This document shows, one piece after another, positions 48,186 through 62,671 of a stretch of 64,000 nucleotides of DNA (position 1 is its first letter; each line of letters starts with the position of its first letter). Location of the stretch: NCBI GenBank assembly GCA_002189035.1, contig NEEC01000013.1, positions 1,488,001 through 1,552,000 on the forward strand, read 5' to 3'. The translations under genes and the position numbers were made by a program. This DNA is from Utricularia gibba (Eukaryota; Plantae; Magnoliophyta). Under the pieces are notes generated by a model, which saw only the letters and a program-made list of their open reading frames with translations, was not told the DNA's origin and searched no databases.

Positions 48186-48663
48186 CGGAAGCAAACCCGG
48201 ACGGAAGGGAAATGAAGACGTTCTCCTCCGCTGCCCGGCCCCCGACGGCGGAATGGGAGATTTTACGCTGCCGTCTTCCGAAATTGAGGACCGGTTAGCA
48301 ATTAGAAACGCGACTTGGACTTAACGTTGCACTTTCCAACTTTTTCACGTTGTCTAAAATAAATAATAATAATAATAATAATAAATTATTTCAGTAAACT
48401 CAAAAATAAAATATTTCCAAAACGGGCTTGTTCTTTAAAAGTCACATGAGCCTTAGAATGAAAGGTTAATTGGGCTTCATTACGCTGGGAAATGACCCGG
48501 CCCATTTACTCCATTCATGAGCAAGTTCTCTCTCCGAATCTCGGATCATCTTCGCTTCAAGAATCTCCCTAGCTTCTGTAATCCTGATCGGCTTTCGTGA
48601 TTTACTAAATTATCCGCCGAAATGGTACCAGCAGTACAAGCTTGCTTGGAGTGATCTGCGGAA

Positions 48664-51600
48664 ATGGAAACCTGTTGGCTCTCCAGTGGAAACATGCACC
48701 GGCGCAGCACTCAATATGAGTTTATTGAGTGTTCCCATTTCCTGGGGCAGCAAACTGGCATTTGGGGTTTTGGTTTCAGTTTCAATGCGTTTGCGAAGAA
48801 ACTATCTTCACCCCAAGAGTGGACTTTCCAGGATTGCTTAGGGGTAGGTAGCCGTATTGCTAGTGTATTGCATTGAATATGGGACTTGAGAATCACCAAT
48901 TTTATATTCAGTGGACTTAGGAAATTCTCTCATACTGAAGCATAAATCGGGCTTAGACTTCGATGTGAGAAGAGGGGGGCTACCGTGAAGCGTACTGGAT
49001 CTCTGATTATGGCTAAAATGGATAAAGATTTAGCTCATGGTTATGTGTTTGTGTAATTTGATGCTTTAACTAATCAGTTTGTGTAAGCTCATCGTGGTGT
49101 TTGCTTAAATGGCCAGATGGGGAAGATGTTGAATCTTCCAAATTTCATGCACCTGGGAAAGCAGTGGTGGAATCGAATGGATCAGTGTATTCATATGTTG
49201 GTGTTGCTTGCATAGGAGCCTTTCTCTTTGGATACCATCTAGGGTGTGGAATTCTTCTTTTTAATCTGATTATTCGTTTGAGAACGATGTGTTTTTTTGA
49301 ATTAGGAAAGATGTCAACCCTTTTCATGCTTTCGGGCGCAAAAGACTGAATCTGCATTCTTTATTCTTGTAATTCTCTGATTCAGAGTGGTTAACGGAGC
49401 TTTGGAGTACCTCGCAAAGGATCTGGGGATTGCAGAGAACCCTGTTATGCAAGGCAAGTTGATAGAGCTTAAAACACTTCTTGTTCTTCCTTAAAGGGTG
49501 GTTTATGTGCTCACTTGCTTTAAGAAATATATAGCAACTTCTTTGTGTCCTATGGTTCAAGGAGCATGGCATGGATTTTGTGTTTTTCCTTTCTTATTCC
49601 TTCATCTTTTGTGCGTGTAGGATGGGTTGTGAGTACACTTCTTGCTGGTGCTACGGTGGGTTGTTTCACAGGAGGTTCATTAGCTGACCAGTTTGGGAGA
49701 ACGCAAACCTTTATCTTGGAAGCAGTTCCATTGGCACTAGGTGGATACCTGAGGTAATGTACTGTACAATTATTGACTTTCTGATATTATGAAATCATCA
49801 AATTCTTATCACTCTTGGTGTTGTAGTGCTAAAGCTGCAACCATAGAGACGATGATAGTTGGCCGATTGCTTGCTGGCATTGGGATTGGCATATCATCTT
49901 CTGTTGTGCCCCTTTACATATCTGAGGTATCAAAATGCTATCATTTCTTCTCTCAATTTCATATTTTCCTTTGTATATGACAAGATTTCGGTGACCAGAT
50001 CTCTCCTACAGAAATTCGTGGCACACTTGGATCAGCCAACCAACTTTTTATATGTATTGGGATTCTTGCGGCAATGGTAGCTGGATTGCCGTTGGCAGGA
50101 AATCCTTTGTGGTTAGTGTGTTCTATCTATAGTTTCCACCATCCATGTATTTCCTGAAAATTGCATACATAATAAATAACTATGGGTCTCTAGCGTCAAA
50201 AAAATCCTATGGTGTAAGGTGGATGGAAGTTCTTTGGACTCAACCCTTCGGCTATGTTACTTTTTATTATGTCCATTACAGTATCAATATAATGTTGCGA
50301 TCAATGTTTCCTGTCATGACAATTACAACATAGTGCTCACTGCTTTCCTGAATCTATCAGGTGGAGGACAATGTTTGGACTTTCAATTATCCCGTCAGTT
50401 TTATTAGCAGTAGGAATGGCATTTTCCCCTGAAAGCCCACGTTGGCTTTATCAGGTTCATATAGAATGTATATTGGTTGCCAACTTTTATATCAAACTGC
50501 TGCTATTGTTTATGGATCAAAATAATTGGCAGATATTTCTTTAGACACTAATTCTTACGAGACTTTTCTGCATTTGTAGCACGGCAAAATTTCCGATGCT
50601 GAAGTATCCATACGAAGGCTGTTTGGTATGGAGAGAGTTACTGAAGTCATGAATGATTTGGCTGCAGCAGCGAAAAATTCTTCTGAACCAGAAGCTACGT
50701 GGGCTGATCTTTTCAGTGCTCGATACTGGAAAGGTATTTAAGATCTGTAAACGTACTTGGTTTATGAACTTCGTGGCTAATGACTGATTTTGTTCACACA
50801 CCGCCATTTTGATCTGCAGTTGTCAGTGTTGGCACATATATCTTCTTCTTTCAGCAATTTTCAGGAATAAATGCTGTTATATATTATTCAACCTCTGTTT
50901 TCCGCAATGCCGGAGTTTCATCTGATATTGCAGCCACTGCTCTCGTTGGTGCTACAAATGTGTTTGGTTAGCTTTGATGGGAATTTTTCTAGCTTGGGTA
51001 TCCATAAATTTTTCGTTCTCACGGAAATTCCCAATCCATCAGGAACTGCAATCGCGTCTTGGTTGATAGAGAAGAAGGGAAGGAAAAGCCTTCTCCTTAC
51101 AAGCTTTGCTGGAATGGTATGTCATCTTGTTCCATTTGAAGTAAAACAAAACAACGCTTTTGCTCATAAAAACGTTGATGCTCCTCTTTCATCAAGGCTG
51201 CTTCAATGTTGCTTCTCTCATTGACCTTCTCTTCGGAAGCCTTGGCATCATCTGCAGGCTTCCTCTCCGTTCTAGGAACTGTTTTGTAAGCAATCACCCC
51301 CTGTTGATGCAGCCTTTTCCTACTCTCGTACTTACAGAACCCGAATGCGATTTATCAGGTACGTTCTATCGTTTTCTCTCGGTGCTGGCCCTGTCCCCGC
51401 TCTTCTCCTACCAGAGATAATCACATCAAGAATCAGAGCCAAGGCAATGGCGCTCTCCATGGGAGTGCACTGGGTAACCCAACTCCTTTTTACTTCATTT
51501 TTTCATCAGCACGATGAAGGGTCTGAGACACAGAATGCTGTGGATGCGCTGCAGGCCTGCAACTTCGTGATCGGGCTCTACTTCTTGAGTGTGGCGAACA

Positions 51601-51737
51601 TGCTTGGAATGGGGAGAGTGTACTTGGGATTTGCTTCTATGTGTATGCTTGCAGTTGTGTACATTGCCCGGAATGTAGTTGAAACCAAGGGACGATCGTT
51701 GGAGGAGATCGAATGCGCTTCAGTCCCTTCTGCATGA
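48664..51737 (+). CDS. pGlcT: Plastidic glucose transporter (pGlcT, MFS sugar porter), many exons; 5' end uncertain
   Basis: [94 protein letters not shown]. Confidence 0.9.
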
Positions 51738-52728
51738 GCCCCTATCAGATGTTCCACAGTCAATGTATTCCAATGGCGAATAAAGAAGTTAGAACCAAAT
51801 TGTGTCAACTAAAGACTCTGCGATGTACTAATGGTGTTTTATTACAATGGAACAGTTTCATGACGAGGTTAAGGTTCGTGGAATTACGAATTTATCCTTG
51901 CGGAAGTGAAGGGGGGAATGGGTAGAAGTGGAATTTTGACGGGGGCGGGGTCGGCAAGATATAATGAAGGTGAAATTGATTGAGGATTAGGGCACGGGAT
52001 TGCGGTCAAGAGCGGAGGGATTGTTTCGTCGCGCACTGGTATCAACATCCTCGTTTCTCTTGTTTTCACTCTTGTTCCACACGCCTCTCACTTTTGCAAG
52101 AAATGCTTGTCGAGCTGCTGTCCTGTTAATGTTTTTGGTTGAATCTTGTTGCTGGATTTTGCTTTTTGTTGGCGTGTTGATCAAATTCAACAGCCCTACA
52201 TTTTGGTGAATGTTTTCTGATAAAACTAAGTTTTCCTCTTTCCACTCTGGTTAATCCTTCTGCAGAATTTCCAAGGATTCATTTTTGGCAGCTACTCTCT
52301 GATTGTTGATGTTTTCCGAACTGTTGTATCGCTAGGAACAATTTACTACGTACAATTTATTCCTTGTTTAGCATTCTTTTACTCCTCCATGAAATAAGGG
52401 CTGGATTCCATTGGTTCCTCAGTATATACTGAGCTAGTTTTGGGGTTCTCATAATTTTTCGTCTTGCAGTATAATTTGTTTCAATCACAGTTTGTTTTGT
52501 CAAATTGACTTCAAAACGCGCTTATTAGGCTGCACCTACTCTCAACGATTTTTATGCCCCTGCCACTGTTGGAAGAGTTTACCGTTTATGCATATTGATT
52601 GTTTTACAAAGATTATATTTTTGGTGTCTTTCCCAGTTCAAACCCGATTCTCACTTTTGCTATTTTGAACTAGTAATAATTGAAGATCACTGATGTACTG
52701 CATTACCATTCAGTAATTGCAGGAAAAA

Positions 52729-53061
52729 ATGGCTAAGCATCATCCAGACTTGATCATGTGCCGGAAACAACCAGGGATAGCCATTGGCAGGTTGTGCGAG
52801 AAGGACGATGGAAAATGTGTGATATGCGACTCATATGTTCGCCCCTGCACTCTCGTCAGAGTATGCGATGAATGCAACTATGGATCCTTCCAGGGGCGCT
52901 GCGTCATCTGTGGCGGTGTGGGGATCTCAGATGCTTACTACTGCAAGGAATGCACTCAGCTGGAAAAAGACAGAGATGGCTGCCCCAAGATTGTCAATTT
53001 GGGCAGTGCCAAAACCGATCTCTTCTACGAACGGAAGAAGTACGGATTTAAGAAGAGGTGA
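52729..53061 (+). CDS. PHF5A: PHD finger-like domain protein 5A (SF3b subunit), 110 aa; probable 5'-UTR intron ending at 52722
   Basis: [39 protein letters not shown]... is the near-invariant PHF5A/RDS3 sequence. Confidence 0.97.
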   Translation: MAKHHPDLIMCRKQPGIAIGRLCEKDDGKCVICDSYVRPCTLVRVCDECNYGSFQGRCVICGGVGISDAYYCKECTQLEKDRDGCPKIVNLGSAKTDLFYERKKYGFKKR

Positions 53062-53521
53062 AGTCTCCTCACTGAGGCTCTTCTCCTTCATCACTGCACT
53101 TCTGATCTGTATGGCACTCCCTGGTGTTTCAAATCTGTTGCTTTTGAGATACTGGGAACTCATGAACTACCTCTGAAAACATTCTGTAGTAATGATAATG
53201 CTCTTTCAGCAGTTTTTTTCTAGGTGAAACCAACTCATTCTTCTAATGAAGATGCATTTCAATGATTTTGTATCATCTTTTGTGTTATTTATATTAAATT
53301 TTAGAAGATTATTATGGAATTCGTTTTGGACAAAAAAATTTTTGTTCAGAAACACAATGATTACATAAATTATGTCTTGGACCACTGAAGGACACCTTCT
53401 ACTTTGGGATTCATTACCAATTCTTTGCCATGGTTTATTGTATTCACATGAAAATTAAAAAAGAAAAAATATAGGAGTAACAAAACCTAACCAAAAGAAC
53501 AGGTCTCTATGATTCTTCTTC

Positions 53522-54366
53522 TTATCTCCTAAGCTTTTCTAGCAGCGCTGTGATTAGGGCATCCCTCTTCTCAGCCCTTGCTTCTTCCCTAACTCTCCTC
53601 TGCTCCTCCTCCTCCTTGAAACTTCTCTCCATCAGAACCCTCTCCCTCTCCAAATCCTCCATTCTTCTCCTCCATTCCATCTCTCTACCCCTCCTTTCCT
53701 CTTCCCTTGCTTCATACTCTCTGATCCATTGCATCTCCATCTGCATTTGTTGCTTCATGAACTCCTCCATTATTTCCTTCACCCCTCTGATCAATGGATT
53801 TTCGCTGAATGCATTCCGGCTTTGCGTTCTCCTTTTCTTTCTTTGGCCTCCATTCTCCCCCTCGCTCTCCTCATTCTCACCCTCCTCCTCGTCGGAGAGC
53901 TCCGGTTTCTTCTTCGGAGTCGACGCCGAGCCGGCCTCGGCCTCCATCCACAGCATCCGCTGCATCCGAGCCCCGAATATTTCCTGCAATTCTTTGTAAA
54001 ACGGGAATTGCTGCCTCATCCCGTCTCCTTCCACTGCCTCGCTTCCCTATACATGCGATAAACATCTACAGGTTATTACATAGAAAAATGAAATACAATA
54101 CAAAAAAAAGGGGCTTAAACCTTGAACCTAGTGACTAGGTTTTTCCACTTGCACTTGCACTGCTCAGGATTTCTGTTGTACCCCATCTCCTTCATTCGCG
54201 TCGCGATGTGCTCCCAAAGAGGCTTATTCCGCTTCGTCTCCACGAAGGTCGAGTCCAGTTCCGCTCGAAGCATTAGGAAATCCCGGGTTTCTTGTAAGCT
54301 CCATTGAGGAAACCTGTCGCCGGCGTCCACGCTCATCGGATATGGGCGGTGGTGCCGGAGATCCAT
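53522..54366 (-). CDS. Trihelix transcription factor GT-3b-like; exons 54366-54121 and 54046-53522
   Basis: DRFPQWSLQETRDFL...KRNKPLWE...QCKCKWKNLVTRFK-G...QFPFY, then a coiled coil ending ARAEKRDALITALLEKL. Confidence 0.92.
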
Positions 54367-54410
54367 CTCTACTGAATCGCAGCACCAAGACAAAGAAGCT
54401 TGTCCCCAAG

Positions 54411-54440
54411 GAAGAAGAAGAAGAAGAAGAAGAAGAAGAA
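54411..54440. repeat. (GAA)10 microsatellite, (CTT)n in the GT-3b 5' leader
   Basis: Direct reading of sequence. Confidence 0.95.
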
Positions 54441-56275
54441 AGGGACCGATGCAGTGGTTTAGAGATGGAGACGGAAACAGCAGTGTGAATGTATGCTGTG
54501 CACAACTGAAATTCTGACCAGAGAAACATAATGCATACCATTTCTTCTACAAAAAAATAAAAAAGAAACATTCATTTAATTGTATTACTAATAACTATTT
54601 GTCTGATTAAGGTTTGAAATATTATTTCTAGCGTTTGACTGCAGTCCAACTCCACGTGTCACACGGACAAGGGCTCATTCATTGTGAAAAATGATTTCCA
54701 AAAAAAAAAAACAATTTATTATTATTTTTTAACGTAGCGGTTGTGTAATACACAAGATTGAGATATTGCCAAAAATGAGGGGCGAAAAATAAATAGAGGC
54801 TTTGACTTTGAAAATTCCCCACGCGGAAACTTAGCTGTCTTTTAGTCCGGATTTTTTTAATTTAGGAACCATTTTTTTATGTAATAAATGGAGGGCGTCA
54901 ATATCTGGTAAATGGAGGCTGTGAGTGTCCACACTTGTCCATATGCTGCTTCAACGCCTCCTAATCCTGTCTCAATCTTAATTAGGGTCGATTAATCTAT
55001 GGTTTAGATTATGTGTAATACAATGAATTTTCGAATTATAAAATTATATTGTAGAAATTGATATATTAAATTATTGTAGAATTTGATGTGAAAATATAAA
55101 TATGTTATTGAGATGTGTAGAAAATTAGTTGTGTATTCTTAATTAATTTTTTATTTAATCATTAAAACAGTGTTTTTAAAAATTTTTAAAATCTATTTCT
55201 ATTTTTCAAAAATAAAAATAATTTTATTCTAGAAAATTTTTAATTATAAAAATAATTTTATTAAATATATTTTTAAAATTATACGATAAAAATTATTTTT
55301 AGAAAATTAATGTGTTGATTATTTTACTTATTATTTTTACTTTTCTAAAATAATTCAAAAAATAAAAATATATTTCAAAAATTTTCAATAACAGTGCTTA
55401 AGTTTTCATAATTAATTATTTATGAAATCAACACGTCCACACTTGTTCATATTAATGAATTTTACAATTTTTTAAATTAATCTCATAATTTAATTTTTTA
55501 ATTTCTAAAAATATATGATGCTTGAAGTTTATAAAATTAAATAAATTCAATTGATAGATTGAGGTTATTCTGTAATTTGAATTTGTTTAAATTATGTAGA
55601 ATATAATTAGTTTTAAAATTATAAAATTATTTTGCAAAATATTATAATTTAATATATTAAATTATATATTATGATTTAATGTGATGATATATATGTATTT
55701 TTAAGTTGTATAAAAATTAAATAATATAACGTTTTATTTAACTGATAAAATATAAATTTAAAATTTGATAATTTTTAAGTTTAATATCAGAATATGAAGT
55801 TTTTATATTACTATAAATTAAAAAATATTAAAATTAAATAGAATCAATTCAAAAAATTATGTAAATATAATATGTCCCAGATGTTTTGGAGCGAAATGCG
55901 AATATTCATTTTAAAAATAAATAATATCTCAAAACGGAAATCCGCCTTGCATTATTTATCCACGTGGAGATCATGCGCAGACCGAGGGTGGGCCCCTGGC
56001 TTTAATAGTTTAAATATAACCCGGCATTCTAACGGGCCATTGATAGACATCACGGTGGGCCCATTGAGCATCGATTGAGGCCCAAAATACTTTTTTGCCC
56101 AAAAAGAAGTCCAATCCATCTCCTCTGTACGGTAACGACGTTGTGTTGTACTTGAAGGGATTTGACTGATAACCCCTGCGTCTCCTGCCCCGCCCGCTCT
56201 CTGCGGAATTCTTATCTCACTGCGTGGCGGTGAATCGGTGAAGAAGAAACTGTTATTCTTTCGTATTGCCTCAGC

Positions 56276-58271
56276 ATGGCGAATGGCAGTCGAGCGACGG
56301 TAGTGTGGCGACAGCTTCCGGGACTACACCCAGAAGCTTCTTCGTATGCTGAACCCAAATGCTTAGCTACTGTTGGCAATGGCGGAAGGCTGAATTTTGG
56401 GTGTGTTTCGCTTGTGGGTAAGAAGGAAGACGACTTTTTGCCTACCGCAGCCCAACTTCTCAGTCACCCTTTGGCTATAGTCGCATTGGCTCCTAAAGAC
56501 GGTGCGCTTTTTGCGGCTGGAGCAGTTGCTGGCGCAGTCGCAAAAACAGTCATTGCGCCACTTGACCGTGTCAAGATTCTGATGCAGGTTTTCACTCAGC
56601 ATCATCCTTTCAGTTCCTAGTGTTTCGCCTATTATATAGAATTATTAAGCAATATGTTTTGTTTTCTTGAAATACGTAGTGCTTTGCATTTTTTTCAATG
56701 TAGACTCATGGACTTAGAGCAGGACAAGGTCTGAAGAAGGGAATAGGATTTCTTGAGGTGAGATGGGTTGTCTGCGGGTCCTTTCCTTTCCATTAATTGG
56801 ATATCTTTTTGAGGAAAATGATACAAGGCATTTCTTGAGTTATCCAACTTTTTTCTAGGCCTTTTCAATGATTGCTAAGGAGGATGGAGTTAAAGGTTAT
56901 TGGAAAGGGAACCTACCTCAGGTATAGTCTTCGACTTCTTTCTAGTTTATGGGGATAGTTCTGCTTCTATCATATGAGATGCATTTTTGTTTCAGGTCCT
57001 TAGGGTAATACCTTATAGTGCAGTTCAACTTTTTGCGTATGAGGCATATAAGGTGAGGGTGGAGGAAAAGCATCTGTTAAGGAATGATAATAAGCAAAAA
57101 GATGATAAATTTTCATCTTTCAGAGACTTTTTAGAGGGAAAGATGGAGAGCTATCAGTAATCGGAAGACTGGCAGCAGGCGCTTGTGCTGGCATGACATC
57201 AACTTTTGTAAGTTCGCAGCCATGCAGTTTTCTAGCTGAACATTCTTCACGCAGTCGTATGTATGAGTTTTCATTGCTCACCCAGGCAACCTATCCGCTG
57301 GATGTCCTTAGGTTGAGATTGGCTACTGAACCTGGATCCAAAGCAATGACTGAGGTAGGAACTGTGGCTTATTTTTTGTGAATTGACTTGATGGCTGATC
57401 GAACCTGCCCTCATAAAGTAAGATTTGTTACCTCCATATCCTTTAATTTACAGGTTGCTTTACGCATGTTGCGAGAGGAAGGATGTGCTTCATTTTTCAA
57501 TGGCCTTGGACCTTCATTAATTGGAATTGCTCCTTATATCGCAGTCAACTTTTGTGTTTTTGACTTGTGAGATTGCTGTTAATTTGTTATCACTTATGCT
57601 GTTGTGCCAAGTGATCCCAAAGAACTTACAGGCCTGTCTGAATGCTCAGAGTGAAGAAGTCCCTGCCACCAGAGTATCAGAAGAAAACTGAAGCAACCCT
57701 TGTGACAGGGCTGGTCTCTGCCACTGTTGCAACCTTTCTTTGCTACCCTCTTGACACCATTCGAAGACAAATGCAAATGAAGGGCACTCCTTACATATCT
57801 GTTCTACATGCCTTCCAAGGTAAATCCCCATATGGGTCTAGTGTCACACTTCAACGTTTGGTGAAACTTCATGGGTTTCCTATTCTCAATGTGAACTTTC
57901 TGGTGTATCTAATCAGGTATTGTGGACCGTTATGGCGTATCCGGACTCTACCGTGGGTTCGTGCCAAATGCGTTGAAAACATTGCCGAACAACAGGTTTT
58001 CGTTCCCACCTTGATTCAATATACTTAACCATTTATCCAAGTTTCAACTCTTTGGTCAGTTTTGTAGCTGTCCAGAAACTTGCTCTTATGCAATGATAGG
58101 AAAACACACCCTCAGCTTTGATGTGTTCTTTGTTAGCTTGACTGAAACGCTGTTATTTTCTTCCACAGCATTCGGCTTACAACATATGATGCGATGAAGA
58201 GCCTCATTGCATCGGCAGAGGTCACATTTGAAAACATTAAGAATGAAAATCGCAATAGAGCAGCCTGCTGA
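56276..58271 (+). CDS. TAAC: Thylakoid/envelope ADP,ATP (PAPS) carrier, TAAC/EAAC-like, multi-exon
   Basis: APLDRVKILMQ-THG, YWKGNLPQ-VLRVIPYSAVQLFAYE, YPLDVLRLRL, CYPLDTIRRQMQMKG, GLYRGFVPNALK. TAAC versus the EAAC paralogue is not resolved. Confidence 0.88.
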
Positions 58272-58706
58272 CTCTTCACCAAATGTCACTGAAGAAAGCA
58301 TTTTTGTAAGAATTTGATCAAGGGTTGCCATGGAGGTCAGCCTGCCCCAAGTAGGATCACATGATAGCCTTGTTTTTTTGTTTTCTTTGTATGATCCTGA
58401 AATCTGATACAGTTTGCTAGAGGAAAGGCTACAGGCTATTCTGTTTTGGTTCATCAAAGAACAGAAGCAAGAAAACAAGGACCACTACGTTTTTCAGAAA
58501 GTTCAGTAGATCAGTCAAAGGTTTCTGTTTGATGCATCGATTATAAGTTGGTTCTTTGTGATGCAGCTGTTAGGCAATACTGCACCAGTGTTCCCCAGAT
58601 CCTTCACTAGTTAATTAGGATTCAGACAGAAAAATGATCCAAAAAACATTTCATTAAGGCTCAGCAAAACAGGAAAATAGATTCTGGAAATGGACACAGA
58701 GAGGGA

Positions 58707-60110
58707 CTATGAATCAGCCTGTAACCTGTCAATGTACTGGTCATAAAATTTAGCAGCGCGCTCCAAGTCTCCAAGTTCTGTGTAACAATCAGCTATGGCG
58801 CCGTAAGCCTCTGTGTTGCCAGAATCTTCTCCTTCCCTCTTTGAGATGTTCAGAACCAGTGAATGGTATTTGATAGCCTCATGATACTTCCCCTGTCTTT
58901 GTAGTGATGCTCCTGAGAATCCAAAGTCACTTTTATCGTTATGTGTTCTGGGATTGCAGCTAAAGGTATCGATGTAATCGGTTAGTTACCTAAGCCCCTT
59001 GCTGCCTTCTTCTCCTCGACAGGATCTTTTAAAATCTGGGCGAGGTCAAGAGCAGTCTTGAACTCAGAAAATGCCCTCTGAGGGTTATGATTTCTCAGAA
59101 AGCTTTTCCCATTTTTCAAGTGAGAAATCAAGTTTTGTTTTCTTGAATCAACGATCACTTCGTCCTCGGATATTTTTCCATTAACTGGAACAAAACTTAA
59201 ACATGGAGCATAAGATTCCATCTTTGCTTGCCTTCTCAACGCTGCATTTATTTGACGCAGCTGTTCGTTTAGCCGTTCCAGTTCAGCCTTCCTCTGTCGC
59301 GCAACCAGGCCTGCAATCAAACAGAACGATATATGGTTTATCTTCAACGAACTTGTCGCTTGACACGAAGCTCTACATGGACAAAATGTACCTCCCACAG
59401 TGGCACCTACAAGGGCCACAAAAAGCAACAAGGGCATGTTCATATTCAGAAGGGAGTTTTCGGTTTCACATATTTCAGCAAAAGCTTTCTGAGGTTCAAC
59501 AAGCATCAAGGTGTTCAAGAGAACAAGTGCAGCAGCTGGAACTCGATAGAACAGCCTTCCCTGGAAAGTAAAGATCAATATTCAGACTCAGTAAAAGAAA
59601 TACGGCCTAGGTAATGCTCAAGATCAACCTCATGCAACCAAAGAAATAGCTCTGGTCACTCCTCAAATCAAAAGCCCAACTTTTCATTTGCTCTGTTTGA
59701 TTAGTTACGTATAACCAATAGCATTTCATTCGCAACGCTGACTCATTGGATAAGACAACAGTAAAAACGGTTTCAAAACAAAACACGCACTTGAAAATGC
59801 AGCAGATCATTCCTATAAAGTCATCCAAAACTTCAACGCTGAAACAACAGGAAAATATAAGCCATGTTGAAAACCTTACCTTCAGATAAAATGGATGCGG
59901 AATGGAGCTGGAAAACACTTCATCTTCATCCTCCATTACGGAAAAGACACGTGCATTGCGTTCTGAGACACCCCGGACAGTAGGAATCTTGACAATCGAG
60001 CCGAGCATTAGAAATTTCTGCATCTTCAGAGACGATAGTGGGAGTCTTGAAGGGTAATCGCGCTGGCAAGGGCTCCATAGCTGAAGCCCTAGCTTCATCT
60101 CCAGCGCCAT
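58707..60110 (-). CDS. FLU: FLUORESCENT IN BLUE LIGHT, TPR regulator of glutamyl-tRNA reductase, multi-exon
   Basis: Transit peptide, TM NMPLLLFVALVGATVGGL, coiled coil RQRKAELERLNEQLRQINAALRRQAK, TPRs EEKKAARGLG-ASLQRQGKY...TEAYGAIADCYTELGDLE. Confidence 0.95.
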
Positions 60111-60521
60111 CTTCGTCTACCTTTCAGCTTCTGGTAAGGATTTCGCTTTCCGATTCTATCCATTCGAGATACCTGTGGGGTCCACTTGACCCAATTGTGG
60201 TACCATCTAAATGGGCCGGTGCACAAGAATGGCCCATGGCCCAATTTTTGTATCATTAATAAATAGATATTGCTAAGATTTAAGATACCAATAAATGATG
60301 GACACGTGTAAGTGTGCCTCCCGCAATTCCACAAGGCAGCGCATGTGACAAAATGATTGAACCAATAAAAGCCGTTTAAATAATTACAGAAATTAATAAA
60401 AATAATTTGGCTTTTTAATTCATTTTTTTTGCTCGTGTGATTTCTTTTTTTAAAAAGATAAAATAAAATAATAAATAAAAGAATATGTATTTAAAAAACA
60501 TTGACTTCATTGATATATTTA

Positions 60522-60528
<7 letters not shown>

Positions 60529-60556
<28 letters not shown>

Positions 60557-60575
60557 GATATATATATATATATAT
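60529..60575. repeat. (TA)n microsatellite with one interruption
   Basis: Direct reading of sequence. Confidence 0.95.
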
Positions 60576-60831
60576 GTCGACTAAATTTGATAGATTTAGT
60601 AATTTATGTTTAAAATATTATTTAGGTATATAGAATATTTTAAAAAAAACTAAAATTTATTTGATTAATTAATTAACACACGTCATTGTGAGCATAAGAA
60701 GCGTGTTTGGGTTTTTGTTTATCTTAACCCTCGTGTTATGAAGAAGGATTTTCCTTTTCTGTTGCCGGAATCTATGAATCTCCGACGGGATTCATCGGAA
60801 AAGCATTCCGCTGATGCTCCGATCATCTGGA

Positions 60832-61627
60832 CTACTTACTAAGCTTCAGCTGAGTGCGGGTTTCTTGCAAATTGACTCCAAATACAGAACCATTCCCTTG
60901 ACTTTGTTCAGCATGGCTCACCATGCTTCCCGTGTTCTTGCTCGCCGCCGCCGCTTTCCTCGATGATTCTTCCTCCGGCGATGGCGAAGACGTGCTCTCC
61001 TCAATGCTCACGGTAGTTATATCATGAATACTCGATCTCCTCTTGTCCTTCCCGACGGAATGCTGTCTGATGAAATACTTCTGCGCATGACTTGCAACCT
61101 GAGTGGGAGTCCTCGTCGTCACGAAGTTCCTTGATATGTTTCTCCAATCCCCTTTCCCGTACTTCTTCAGACCCATCAAGAATTGCCTGCCGACAAAAGC
61201 CGTAAAAAACTCGACTTAGTTCATGAGAAAGGACAGTACGGAATATGAACCTGTGTTCTTCCTCAGTCCAGGGAACCCCTTTCTTGCGTTCATGATCTAC
61301 GCTGCTGCTCCTTGAGGAAGAAGGGGAAGGAGAAAGCGCTCTGTTTTCCCACTCCAATGTGAAGGTATTATTGATATAGCCAGGAACAGGGATCCTCCCA
61401 GCTTCGATATCAGTGATATCTTCAACCAATTCTCTGTACTGATCGATCACATCCTGCACGGTTTTCCCGGGTATCATGGACGCCACGTTGTGCCAACGAT
61501 CGGGAGTATCTTTGTCGAAGAATGCAAGCGCCCTTTCAAATATCTTGTTCTCTTCACGGGTCCATTTACCAGACTTGTATTTCTCCTGGAACAGCGACCT
61601 CGGAGCCGGCCCCAAGTCTCTGTTCAT
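60832..61627 (-). CDS. DIVARICATA-like R-R-type MYB transcription factor; exons 61627-61251 and 61186-60832
   Basis: [15 protein letters not shown]...[14 protein letters not shown] and [52 protein letters not shown]...[11 protein letters not shown]. Confidence 0.93.
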
Positions 61628-62671
61628 GAGTTTCTGTGAGAGATGAACGACGATGGAGAAGAGAAAAAGAGGGGAACCAACAGCAGAAGAAAAGATTAGA
61701 TCTTGATGAGCGACTGAAAGCAAAAAGCACCCCGTTTGAGGCAATGATGCCAGTGACTGAGATTCAATCTCTACAGTTAACCAGAAGTCTCTGTCTCTCC
61801 AAGTTCAACTCGGTACTTTTCGCAATCAATGAGTTGCAGTTGATTTCATGGTGGGAGAGGAAGGCAACTGACAAGGGGGACGGAAAAGAAGGGCCTGGAG
61901 AAGAAAAGGGGTCCTTCCTCCTCACGTGTTCCCAGCTCTGAAAAATGAAACCGCAAGTTCCATGGTGCCCATCTCAGCCTCAGGGGTAGTCGGTATACGA
62001 ATGAACCCTTCTGTGGCGCTGGAAATCCCCATCGGAAACCAACACACGCCTGAGGTTCAGCCACGCGGCGTCATCATCTGCGAAATGCAGATGGAGTCAA
62101 ACAAACCAGGCATCTCGACTTGTCACGCCTTCATTTTTTTAAAAATCTTCAAACTTGGCTAGGTTAGGTAGCCTATTGCATCACGACATGTATGCACGAC
62201 ATTTCGAGGCTAATCATACCTACCCCACGCCAAATTGGGAAATTAAGCACCTTAGAGAAGCAACCTCCCAATTAAAGGAATTCCAAGTCTTCTTCTTCAT
62301 GCTTCATTGAATTTCATTGTATAGGAAAGTTTTTCTTTTTTTGTGTTGGTGCGGTTCCAGCCCTTGAAATTTCATCCACAGATTGATCTGAGTTTATGGC
62401 ACTGCGTTTTTTTCAGAGAAACAGATAAATGTAGTTGGTATTCAGATCATGCTCAATGATAACAGAAGGGAGATTGAAGCTGCTGATGTACTACTGCACC
62501 TGCTAGATGGTGGCTGTTCAGCTCTATAGTTACTTGGGTACAAAAAGGGAAGAGCAAAAGCATGTAGCCCTGTTCTTAGGCAAGGCAAGGAAACAGGGAG
62601 CAACCGTCTTCTTTGCCAGACACAGACTGCAGTGAAGGTTGTTTGAAGTGTGCTCAACAGTTCTTGTTTCA

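Noticed and set aside
54600-55870. Very AT-rich intergenic stretch with short motifs shared with 40600-40800
   Set aside because: Low-complexity similarity only (e.g. AGATGTGTAGAAAA); no defined element boundaries.
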